A stretch of 64,000 bases of DNA from Glaucostegus cemiculus. Its lineage: Eukaryota. This document shows, in pieces, positions 40,551 through 52,734 of this stretch; position 1 is the stretch's first letter, and each line of letters opens with the position of its first letter. A program made the translations under genes and the position numbers. The stretch lies in assembly GCA_976551045.1 (NCBI GenBank), contig CDPCPM010000233.1, positions 1,798,001 through 1,862,000 on the forward strand, read 5' to 3'. The notes below the pieces were generated by a model. It made no database searches. It was not told the DNA's origin and saw nothing but the letters and a program-made list of their open reading frames with translations.

Positions 40551-40796
40551 GGCGGCACGATAGTGTAGCGGTTAGCACGATGCTGTTACAGCGTCAGCAA
40601 TCGGGGTTCGATTCCCGTCGCTGACTGTAAGGAGTTTGTACGTTCTCCTGTGTCTGCGTGGGCTTCCTCCGGGTGCTCTGGTTTCCTCCCACATTCTGAA
40701 AGACTTACGGGTAGGTTAATTTGGGGGTTTAAAATGGGTGGCGTGGACTCGTTGGGCCGAAAGTGTCTGTTACCACATTGTAAATAAAATTTGAAA
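40551..40796 (+). mobile_element. Young tRNA-derived V-domain SINE
   Basis: A-box-like TAGTGTAGCGG, B-box GGTTCGATTCC, V core TCCGGGTGCTCTGGTTTCCTCCCACATTC and an A-rich tail; CpGs intact. Confidence 0.9.
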
Positions 40797-41929
40797 AATC
40801 CCCGTAGAATTGCCGGTGTGCAAACATCAGTTAGATTAGGATCAGACTCCTGGTTGTAACTGCATAGAATATTCAGCATAGAAATGGGCATTTGGCCAAC
40901 TGGTCTGCACTGGGGTTGTGCTCGATACGCACTTTCCCCTGTCCCTCCCTTACTGACTCTACCCACAGCCTTCAACTCAATTCTCTCTCGGATTCCTGTA
41001 AGTGTACCTGTGTTGTTCACCCTAGCCATTCTGTGTGGTCACAGCTTCTGCATCCTAACCATTCCCCTGATAAAGAACAACATCCTGAAGGTTATTTGCT
41101 ATCTCTCAATCTTCTGTGCTAAATTATATTTAATTTTTATTGATGCTTTCTGAAGTCATATACACCTTGTTAGCCCCCCCCGGTAAACACTGTCAATATT
41201 ATTTCTCGCTTTTTCTTGTGATTACCAATCAGCCTCAGCATGACCCACCACAACATTCTTTTGTTATTCATGGGTCTGAAGAACATTAACATTTATCTTC
41301 ATATTTCAGTTTTGTAGTTGGTTGCTTTCCTAGTTGCGTTTTTCTTTCAGAGCCACTTTGCCATCCCCTCGTTTGTTATTTAGGTATTTTATGTTTACCT
41401 TTTTCATTAACTTCGGTTTAGAGCTTTCCACTGTTGACTAGTTTGTTCCTGTTTTTTGGCACACTGGATTCTATGGATCATTGTTCCATGTTTCCCACTG
41501 CTGTCCTGTATGCCAAAATGCTTTCTTCCACATCATCTTCCCATCCTCTGAAAGTCAGTTTTTCTTCTCAATCTACTGCCTGTATCTTTGTCTCTTTCTC
41601 AATCCTTAACTTAAGTTTAGTGTTTGTATAGTGCATGGGTATTTATTGACATTTAATTCTCTCCTGTCTCAAGGACAACCAAGACCATTCCTCATCTTCT
41701 GGCGAAGATGGCACCATACTTAGCTATGTTTCACTCCCAACTCGTGCTCTTTGATCCTCATCCAACTGTTGATTCCTCATGTGAGAAACAAAGCAGTTAA
41801 TAACCTAAAGACTATGTGGCATCACGTTACATCACAAACGTGCATGATGCCAATTCCCAGCCACATCCCATCTTCACCACACGCACGCACACACAGACAG
41901 ACAGACACACACACACACCACCACCAAGA

Positions 41930-43300
41930 GACAGAAACAGGAAATAGAACATTAGGTCTGCTCTGTCATTCACTTACCCAGAGCCTGATGTTACCTCAGT
42001 ACCACTTCCTGCACTTCACATATATGCATCAATTCCCTTTATATCTAAAAATCTACCAATCTCTCTTCTGAATATATTCAGCCACTGAATCTCCTGGGTG
42101 GTGAATTCCAAACACCCACTAACCTCTGGTTGAAGACATTTATTCTCAGTCCCTTGTTCTGAGACTGTGATCCATGGGTTCTTGACCCTTCCCTTCCAAC
42201 TCACCCACCCCAACCCCCAAAGCCAGGAGAAACACCGCGCCTGCAAATTCTCTATCAAGGGCCCAAGAATTTAGTCTCTTTCAAAGTGATCACATCTCAT
42301 TCTTTTAAATTCCAGACAATATACGTCTGATCTGCTAATCTTTCCTCAGATGACAAACCCCCTTCGCAGTAATCAGTCTGGTAAACCTTCACTGTAGTTC
42401 CTTCATCACAGGTGTGTCCTTCCTAGGGTAGGGAGGTGAGACCATATTCCAGGTATGTGGTCACCAATTCCAGAAAACACCTTTACTCTGCTTTATATGT
42501 TAACTTTCAGAGATATATGTAAAAGGATACCCAGGGCCCTTTGAACAACACCTTTCAATCTCTCATCATTTAACAAATATTCTGCCTTCCTATTTTTTTC
42601 TAGCAAAATCAATGACCTCACATTTTTTCAAACCATATTCCCTTTGCTAGGTCCTTGTCCGTTCACTTAGACTGTCTGTATCCCTTGAAGCCTCCTTACA
42701 TTTTCTTCACACCACTACCCAGCTCTATATCAAAGGTGCACTTGGATGTATCACACTCAGTCTCTTCATCCAAATCATTGACGCAGATTGTGAAAAGCTG
42801 CCACACTCCCCCTCCATAAATGACATACGAATTAGAGGAACAGGACAAGAAATTATGAGATCTATTGAAACAGAGGTTTGACAGAGCTGAAAAAACATTT
42901 CCTCTCATGGAACCTGACTCACAATGGTGTTTGACCCTCTTCATGGGTTAAACCAACGAGTTATAGAGTCATATGACACAGAAACAGGCCTTTCAGACCA
43001 CCATGTCCATCCAACCACATGAACCCATTGATACTAATCTCAACTACCACCCTTTGGTCTGTAGCCTCCTCTGCCTCAGTGCTTCAAGTGCTTGTCTAGA
43101 TACCCCTTACAAGTTGTGAGAGTCCCTCAGGCAGTACATCCCAGATTCAAAGCACCCTCAAGTTCTTTGTCAGATCCCCTCTAAACCTTTCACTGCTTGC
43201 CTCTACTTTTAGACACCCACTGCTGCAGGAAACAAATATTCTATCTACCCTAGCCATGCCCCTCATAATTCTGTGCACATTTTGTTAGATGTTCCCCTTG
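41930..43300 (-). mobile_element. Two adjacent decayed CR1-like 3' fragments
   Basis: QLFTICVNDLDEETEC..SK-like translation and CR1 3' UTR signatures at about 41940 and 42970. Confidence 0.65.
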
Positions 43301-44026
43301 TTAAAATGCCCAACAGCACTAATCAGAATATGAAGATAAAAATAAGCAACATGATTGTACTAATGAGGAACACCTTTGTTGGTTGTTATACAATTGGCTC
43401 CACAACAATCTCTGATCTCAAGCATCATGATTCAGGGGAGAACACAAAACACATTACCATCAGCTGACAGCTGATGAATTGCATGCAGGCATTCTCTTTC
43501 ATTTGGTTTGAATTTGATGAGATTCAGGGGCTCAGATCTAATCACGGACCTAGTTTTGGACCTCAATGAATGGCAGAGGCCTAATTCTAATTGATTCCCA
43601 GGTGCCGTACCAGCTAAGCCTTGTTTCAGCTGAATGACTGAGCACGCCGGGTTGGTGCTGATTACAACATCCCTCATCAAATGGATCAAAGCATCTCACT
43701 GCCTATCCAATCTTTTGACCAGCTATAAAAGGTAGTCACATTGAATTCACATTGAATGGATCAAGTATGATTACACCAAAAAAAAAGCGAGCTTGTGCTT
43801 TCAATTTCATTTTGCTCATAAATGCAAGAAAATAAGCCCCAGCTCCACTGAAAAAAAATTGAAAATTTTAGGCCCAGCTCTTCAAACTACTCCAGGGTCA
43901 TAAGAGGTTAATCTTTAATTAATGTGAAAGCTGCTCCCTGACTCACCAGTCAGACAGCAGTCTTTTCCAACCTGCCAGCTTTGGGAAGGTGAAAGAAACT
44001 TCTGAGATTGAGGTATACTGAAAAGC

Positions 44027-44221
44027 TGATGACTGTGGTACACCAGGCAGGATCGAGGGTGATGACTGTGGTACACCAGGCAGGATCGAGGGTGATGGCT
44101 GTGGTACACCAGGCAGGATCGAGGGTGATGGCTGTGGTACACCAGGCAGGATCGAGGGTGATGGCTGTGGTACACCAGGCAGGATCGAGGGTGATGACTG
44201 TGGTACACCAGGCAGGATCGA
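44027..44221. repeat. 33-bp minisatellite, about 5.9 copies
   Basis: Unit TGATG(A/G)CTGTGGTACACCAGGCAGGATCGAGGG, head-to-tail with no spacers. Confidence 0.97.
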
Positions 44222-47200
44222 AGGCACATGGTACTTACTGTATAAACTAAATGGAAGGGGAACAAGCAGGGAGACCCTCAGCTGCTGTCCAATTCTCAGG
44301 ATGTGGGGATCCCTGAAAGAGATGAGAGACCAACTTCCTTTAATAGTTTTTGCCAGTAGATCTGTTCTTCTTATTCACTGCTCCTCTGGACAAATCCTTT
44401 CGTTTTCTCCTTGTCCCTTTACCACTCTCACCTGCGTTGTCATCCTTTACTGTCTTCCACCCTATCCCAAGTCTTCCCTTTTGCTCTTGTCCTTCCTCTC
44501 TTCCCATGTTTATCTCTTTTATAGTTCTCCTATTTTCTTGCAGCACACAAGCAGGCCATTTGGCCCATCAACTCTGTGCTAGTTCTCATCCCTCACTTAT
44601 TTTCCCTGAAATCTTATTTTCCCTATCAACCCTGCACTAATTCTCTGCCACCCACCTACTCTAGGGATGATGTACAATGGCCAATTATCCTACCAAAATA
44701 TTACCCAACTCTGGTGAATGGTCATCAGTCTGAAATGTCCCTTTTTCCCTTTCCACTGACATTGCCCAACCAGTATTTTCTGTTATTGTTACTTGTAGAA
44801 ATGTTACCTGATATCTATTGCTTTTGCCTTTAGTCTTTCTTTGAACTGTACTGTACCCAGAATCAGGAAGCTCCAATCATCTCTAGAGGTTTCCAGTGCA
44901 CGACTGAAGTCTTCTTTGTCAAGAGGTTATTCTCTCCACTACGTTAACAATCTGGGAGGTCCCATTATGTCCACTGTCACTTTTTTTTCTTGGTTTTCCT
45001 GCTTCTTTGTTTAAATCCACCAATCCCATCCTGTCTGTGGTTAAGATTTGCCTTGTTGTTGTTGTTGGAGTACTCCTGGACCTTGATGGTTTTTAATTAA
45101 CATGGTTAGCTACTAAGCCATTGAGGTGAAATCATTGAAACATACAAAATCCTAAGGCAGCTCAACAAGTTAGCTATCAGCAATATATTTCCCCTGGCGG
45201 AGTCTGGAACTAGGGGGTCACAATTGCTATCTATCTCTGACTAGTCATGATAAAGGACATGGGTTTAGGGGAAGGGGTAAGAAGTTTAGAGGGGACCTCA
45301 GGAAGAACTTTTTCACCCAGAGGGTGGTTGGAATCTGGAATACACTGCTGGAGAAGGTGGTGCCCTCACAACAGTTAAGAAGTATTGAGGTGAGCAGTTG
45401 AATTACAAAGCATAGAAAGCTACAGACCAAGTGCTGATAAATGGGATTCTTGTAGAGGGCTACCTAATGGTCAACACAGACCAGTGGGCCAGAGGGCTTG
45501 TTTCTGTGTTGGATGTCTCTACGACTCTAATGTAGAAGAAGAGGGTCCTATAAAGCCATTCAAGCCATCTTGCAATAAAACCTACACACCATTCAGGCAG
45601 AGGCTGGTGAGTGGCAAGTAACAACTGTGCCACAGAAGTGCCAGACTATAACCATAAGACAGAGTCAATCACCTAGCCTCAACGTCACTGAATACCCCAC
45701 TATCAATATCCTTGGGTCGCCATTGACCAGAAACTCAATTGTTCCAACCACTGTGGCTACAAGACCAGGTCAGAGGCTGGGTATCGGGAGGCAAGTGACA
45801 CATCATGAATGGAAAGGCCAACCCTCTTTCTTCAAAAGTCTGTGAGTGTTAATAGTCATTTGATTAAGAATGGTTTTTATTAGGTCAGGTTATTAATGGA
45901 TGGGGAATAAAGGTAGGTAAATGGAGTTGAGATGCATGATTTGACTGAATGCTTGGACAGATTCATGGGGTTGAATGGCCTTTTGCGGTTCCTGTGTGCC
46001 TGTGGAATTTTCTCAGCCTCGTTCTTGCACTGAATGTTCCGTCTTCATGGCTGATTTCACACTGGGCAGCCTTAGGGGGACTTGGCTGATGGATCTTTTA
46101 AGGTTTGATTCAGCGCTTGAGAATAATTTAAATACGGCAATTCGAAACACTATCTTTTAAAGCCACTAATTGCTAGATCCTTATAAGTGCCTTATAAGAT
46201 GATCACTCATGTGTTGATGTTTAAATGCACAGATTATGGAGCTCGGATAAACTCATGTATTATAGCTGGATTTGTCACTGTCACATTACAAATTTGGTTC
46301 TGCTGTTACTAATCCATCAACTACTAATGTGCAATTAAATATAATTAAACTAATTGATTTGAATTTCACTTGATTAGAAATGTAGAAGCATTTCTGATAC
46401 CTTGCCAGAAATGTATTGCATGACCAGATTACAGCTGCATTATCTCCCATCTGCAGCCTGTCCTGCTTAATGGTTCATATTTATATAGTGAGTTTTGTGA
46501 CATCAAGATATCATATGATGTACATTTGAAGTATGGTAAGAAACGTGGCAGATAATTTACACAAAGTTCCACAAACACAAGAAGATTAAGAAACAGATTA
46601 TAAACTTTTAGTAAGGGTAGTTAGAGGGTAAATATTGGCCGTAGTATCAGCAAAACATCTCCAATCTTCTTTACTATAAAGATGTTAACTCTTTTACATC
46701 CACATACGGCTAGGTGGGGCCTTGGCATATTATCTCATTTGAAACATCTCATCCAATGGCATTATTTTGTAAAGTTGTTGGTACAGTGCTATTATGGACA
46801 TGATGGCTCAACATAACTTGTCTAGATGCAGGGAGGTACTGCGTACTTATATTGTCTTTCCACTTGTAAAGTAGGATGCCTGTGTGTATATAGTAAGTTG
46901 TTAGGTGTGCATGAGCCCACAAAAGGCATGATAATGTGAAGAGAAACATAACTGAGCTGAACCCTGGGAACAGAATAGATTAATTCCCTAATTACTTTGG
47001 CATGACCCATACTTGCAAAAACAACCTCTTGTTTTCGCATCTTCGAGCTTTGGGAGGAGGCTAAGAGGAAAAAATAACATTGGTAGATTTTGCATTTTTT
47101 CCCTGTTCCTCATTGATATCATGGGCTGACAGAGAAGTGCAGCTCCGTGGATCGAACTGGCTTTACCCCACATGACCATCCTCCGTTTAGGTGGGTTGAC

Positions 47201-47279
47201 GGGAGTGTAACCATGATAGGTGGCCATGAAGTGTTACCTGAGGCTGTGTGCTGATGCTCCAGCCTCTGAATCAAAAAAT

Positions 47280-47790
47280 GGTACCTCTCCACAGCCTTTG
47301 AGCACATTATCCAAGGTAATATTCTCCACACAATACTAAAGGAATACCGCACAATCAGAGATCCTCTCTATTGGGTGAAGTGTTAAACCAAGATCCTATC
47401 TGCATTCTCAGATGAATGTAAATGACCCAATGAATTCTCAGATGAATGTAAAGGATCCTATGAATTCTTAAATGAATGTAAATGATCCACTGAGTTCTCA
47501 GATGAATGTAAAAGATCCTATGACATTACTTTGCAGAAGAGCAAGGGGGTTCTGGACAATATTTTCCCCTCAATCAACATCACTGAAACAAGTTATCTGG
47601 TCTTGTTGTTAGATCTGGTCTGGTCTAACAACAAGACCAGATAACTTGCTGTTTATGGGACCTCACCATGTGTAAGTGATCGGCACCTCTATTTCCCTAT
47701 AATAATTATTACATTTCAAAAACTTTTCATTTGCTGCAAAGTGTTTAGAGCATCCTTAGATTGCTTACAAATGTAATTTTTATCTTTACA
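47280..47790 (+). mobile_element. Deu-domain SINE with an internal 30-bp tandem expansion (47401-47522) and a perfect inverted duplication (47589-47648)
   Basis: GTAAAAGATCCTATGACATTACTTTGCAGAAGAGCAAGGGG...CAATATTTTCCCCTCAATCAACATCACTGAAACA matches the recalled Deu domain. Confidence 0.75.
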
Positions 47791-49849
47791 GCCAACAGGT
47801 TAACTTCCGGTGTCCAGGGCTTGAAATCCTGACTGGGATTCTCACCCTCTGAGAACACACTGAAGGTAGTGCCAAAGCCCTGGCCTGGATCAGCCTGCTC
47901 AACATGGAGCACAGGTCAAAGCTGAGGCCTCCCTGACTGGTCTGGTTTTAATACACTTTCCCAATGAACTGCTAGAAAACAAAGTTGAATCTATTAAACA
48001 GTTCAGAAGAAATGCAAATCCTGCAAATTAAAACTGAATTTCCACTAAATGCACAGAAGGACTGTGCCTTTTGATAAATGCAAACTGCTTGTTCTATGAA
48101 GAATGTGGACTTCACTTAATGTAATGAGTTTATCCTGATTCATTTGAAATTTAGCCACATGCATCATTCAGGCACAGAGTACATTAGCAGTAATGCCTTT
48201 TCAGGGTTGGTCATTACTCAGTGATTTATTTGACTGCTCAGTTTTGCTTTTTTTCCTGGCTTATCAAAATTCTACACGGCCCAAGGAGCATACTCCTAAT
48301 CCAAGAGTGCATTCCAGGTCCTGGAGTATTCTGCTGATCCTGCAGTGTACTCCTGATCTTGGTATATATTCTTGATCCATAGGTATATTTCTGATCCAGG
48401 TATATAGTCATTGAGTCATAGGGGTCTGCAGCACAGAAATGGGTCCATTGGCCCACAACGCCCATGTTGACCCTTTTGTCTATCTACACTAATCCATTTC
48501 CGTGCACTAGGTCTGTATCCCGCTATGCCTTGTGGTCCTTCTGTATATGTATACTTATGTCCTTATGTATACTTCTGATCTCCAGTAACATCTTCACATA
48601 TGTGTATTCCTAATCCCTCCGTACACTCCTGATGCCACTCCTGATCCTTGTGCAGAAAACAAAAACTAACTCGTTTTCTCAGTTCTGACGAAGGGGCTCA
48701 AACCTGAAACATTAGCTCTGTTTCTCCTTCCACAGATCTTCTGTTTCCACCATTTTCTGCCTTCAGATTCCCAACATCTGTAGCTTTTTTTTTCCAATTT
48801 TCATTCAGAAGGTTTGCATGCCTGACACCAGCTTCCCAAAACTCCAAGCCCTGATGGCAAGAGCTCACGAGGTGGGAAGTGTAAGATTTTCAAAGATGTG
48901 CTCATAGCTATTTTGAAAAAGAATTGCAACATCGCCACTGATCCCCGGGAATCCCTGGCCCATGTCCACTCAAAGTGGAGAATGAACATTTGGGATCGTA
49001 TTAAGATCCATGAGTCCATGCATCAGCATTAAGGTTCATGACATGAAAAATGGATAAAAGAAGGAAGGTAATAGCCAATGGCTGAAAGGGAAATGACCAA
49101 AATTAAAATATCTGGATGAATATCTAACACAACCATTGAGGGAGAAATTGTGCAGGATAGCTTGGTTTGATATTTGTTTAAATATTTGGGACAATGAGCA
49201 GGGAGTGGAGTTTGAACCTACTGTAACTGGAATTGGTTTGAGGAAACTTGGAAGTTTTATCTAAAATGGTGTGGGGCTAGGGAAACCAGCCAAGACAGAT
49301 TAATTATTGTGAGATACTTTTAGGCAGAGTGTTTTAACAGTGGGACAGGTTAGGACAACAATGTACAGGGGAATGAGCCAGGAACAAGCGAAAGGCACAA
49401 ACTGTGGGCAAATAACCACCTTGAAAATAAAAAAGTTGATCAATAGAAAGATCTTAAAAATATCCTAAAGTTACAAAGGCTATGTCATAAAGAATTATGT
49501 GATGAAATTAGAGATTGTGGTTGTTGTGACATGATTTCAGGGTAATCCAAATGACAAATGCCTTCTGTCAGTTGTGCCTCTGCAAGATCTGTAGAATTTC
49601 CCTTTGCTCTGGTGCAGTTAGTATTATGCCAATGCGTAAGGCTGACTGTGGTGAAATGACACAGGAATGTGTTCTGTTGGAGCATCTGATCAAAATAGAT
49701 TCTCGTCACTGGTCAAAGCACTTCTTCCTCGCCTGGATCCCTCTGATGTGATAGTGCAGTTCCATTTATATTTTGGGGATCGACTCCTGGGCTATGCTTG
49801 CTCAGAGTGAAGGTGTATTTGAGATGGCATCAAGTCCATGCATTGAAAG

Positions 49850-50035
49850 CACACAGAAGCCCTGCGTAAGTCTCAGGAGGAGCACAGCAACTCACAAATA
49901 ACCCATCTGTGGTCCTGTCGGGCACCATCTGTGGGAGACCCCGGTCCCCACGTTGGCTTCATCAGCCATCTCAGAACCTACAGAATCAGAGTAGAAGCAA
50001 GTCATCCTTAGTCCTGGGGAATTGCCTAAGAAGAT
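49850..50035 (+). mobile_element. RTE-clade LINE 3' end (related piece at about 48810-49030)
   Basis: ICG....SHVGFISHLRT-like C-terminal motif followed by a short 3' UTR ending in AAGAAG. Confidence 0.65.
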
Positions 50036-50264
50036 GGGGAAAGGTACAGCAAACCAATTAAACTGGGAAGTTGTGAACACCCGAGTGAGAAAGTTCAATT
50101 CCTAGGTTCTGAACTCTTTGTTTGATAAGATGTGAATCTGATTATATTTATTAACAATAGTTTATTAAAAATAATCATCAACCTCTAAAGAACCCACAGA
50201 ATTGGTGGCAAATCATCCTCAACCCCAAGAAGAAAAAGAACTATCAAAAGAATCTTTTTATTTC

Positions 50265-50676
50265 AGAGACCTGATAGAAGCATACAAAATGTTGAAAGGA
50301 CTGCACAAAGTGGATGTGGCCAAGCTGTTTCCCTTAGTGGGGGAGTCCAGGACCAGAGGGCACAACCTTAGAATTAGAGGGTGCAGGTTTAGAACAGAGA
50401 TGAGGAGGAATTTCTATAGCCAGAGGGTGATGAATTTGTGGAATTCCTTGCCACAGAAAGCAGTGGAGGCCAGATCATTGGAGATATTCAAGAAGGAGAT
50501 AGATAGATATCTAATTGGTCGAGGTATCAAGGGATATGGAGATAAGGCTGGAATTTGGAGTTAGAATAAGTTTTTTTTTCATCTTTTCTCCCCCCTTTTT
50601 CTCCACCCTCCCCTTTGGAGCAGACTTGACGGGCCGAGTGGCCTACTTCTGCTCCCTTGTCTTGTGATCTTGTGAG
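50265..50676 (+). mobile_element. CR1-like LINE 3' fragment, same subfamily as 52735-56186
   Basis: Near-identical to 55765-56186, including the pyrimidine-rich 3' UTR; CTTGTGA tail repeats. Confidence 0.92.
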
Positions 50677-52734
50677 ATTAAACATCTTTATAAACCAGGG
50701 ACCATCCCACAGTCTTCAGTCACCGAGCTGCCAATTTGCTGTTTGAGCAGAAGGCAATAGGAGCTCTGTCAGAACCAGTTTGATAAATGTCCTGTCAACT
50801 AGTGAAAGAAGCTTGCTTGGTAAGGCAATAAGAGATACCACCAGTTCCTTTGTTTGAAGCTGTCAACTTGGTTTGTACATTATGAAAGATGATTAACAGA
50901 TTGTTGAGTTCCCCATTTCTGTTTGTTATTACCTGTAAATAAATTTAGGGAGCACATTTTGGCCTTAATACAAGAGCCCTGTGGTGCGGTCAACCACATC
51001 TGCAGAGGTAATAAGACAGCAGTTTGGCTTTCAACCTTCTCTGTAGGAATCAATTTAGTGCAATTTTGGATTAGCAGGTAACCACACTGTTAAAAATAAA
51101 CAGACAGACAAGTTTTAGCTCCTAGGAGACTGAGATGCATCTTGGAATCTGGTAGCTACAACAAGAGAAATAACATCGGTCAATCACTAATTCAATATAT
51201 CATTCAGGTAGTGCATCTATTACTACTTGGTGTTCAACAATGGTGCCAATAAATACTTAGATTTATATAGCTACACTGGAATCCTATCAGACAAAATTTT
51301 GCATCAAGAAATATAAAAAAAATGATGATAGATAGATTAATGAGGTAGGTTTAAACAAGGCATGAGTGAGGGTTTCAGCGGTAGATACACTGAAGAAGGG
51401 ATGGAGACAGGTGATGTTACAGAGTTGGAAGTGGGCAGTTGTAGTAATACAACAGATATGTGATGGGACATGGTGATAGTCGACTGGAGCGCTTAGGCGT
51501 CCGTCCCCTCCAGAGGCAGTGCTGAGTGCCTTGTTAGGCCTTCTGCAGAAAGCAACGTGAAGCAGATGAAAGCTGAAGGATTATATAACCCTGGGAGATT
51601 AGGACAGATGGCAGGTGTTAGAGGACTGGAATTTTTGAGGGGAGATTATTGCAGGTCAAAGATCAGAAGGCTAATATGAGAAAGAGTAGAAATAATAGAC
51701 GAAAAGGACACATTAGAAGTAATGGCCTTAAGATCAGAGGCTAATCGATGGGCTGAGCACTGAGGCATGTACTGTCATGAGGCTTATTACTTCCTGTGGC
51801 TGTATTGAAACAATTGTTTTGGTACCTATACTTACAGATGAAAATAAGCTAACCATTGGTACTTGTGATTTATCACCGTTGATATAAAAGTCCCAATAAT
51901 GAACTGTCATTCTCCAACTAACTATCTGATAATCGAGAAAGGCTGGTGAAATGCATGGCAATTTCCTATTAATTTTCAGTTACCTTTACATATCAATAAG
52001 ATTGTATAGATTAGATGCTATAGGTTGTAGACTAACTCCCCAGATGTCACAGATGGCTGATCAAAAACATCAGCAAAAAGCCACTGTTTCAACTAACTCA
52101 GCAAAGATTAGGGATCAGATCTCTGCTGATCCTTGTCTGTGGTCTAGAGCTCATATTTCTATCTCTGAACCATCAAAGGAATATTCCAAAAACCCATATT
52201 AATAACACATGTAAGTTACCAAGTGAGTTATTGAAATGGGAACAAAAGAATGTTAGTTATATTTCTAAAAAGAGGAAGATATTTGAAAAGTAATGAAGAG
52301 AAGGATGGAGCACTTGGGTTGATCTATGAGAAAGGGGAAATGATGAATCAAGTGTTTCATTCCCATCCCAAAATTCCTTCTGTTCTTAATTATGAGGAAT
52401 CTGAGGATTTGGGGAGGGATTTAAAAGATAGTGGAGTCCAGTTAACAAAGAGCTAGTACAAACCTAAAGAGGAAGTCATTTTTCAAAAGGGTGGTGTGGA
52501 GGTACCGGTCAAGGAGGGACAGACATCAAGAATGGTCAACAGCACCTTCATAAAGTTGGATCTTTGAGTTATCGGGGTGGACGTGCGTGAGAGAAGGAGT
52601 GGGAGGTTGATAACAGGAGGCTTCAGGGATAAAATGCTATTCAGCAAAAAATGTCTGAACGAATTAGAGGCATGCATGCTTGGTTGCAGGTATTAATTAT
52701 ACAAGCTTATAATTAACAAGATTAAGGAGGTGTT

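Noticed and set aside
40551-40625. tRNA gene
   Set aside because: The tRNA-like head runs directly into the V-domain and SINE tail, so it is a SINE.
43700-43735. CCAAT plus TATAAAAG promoter
   Set aside because: The two motifs are only about 12 bp apart, and no downstream exon or ORF is recognisable.
44027-44221. CRISPR-like array or repeat protein (VMTVVHQAGSR)n
   Set aside because: The units abut with no unique spacers and the context is eukaryotic. ORFs in several frames are a by-product of the 33-bp period.
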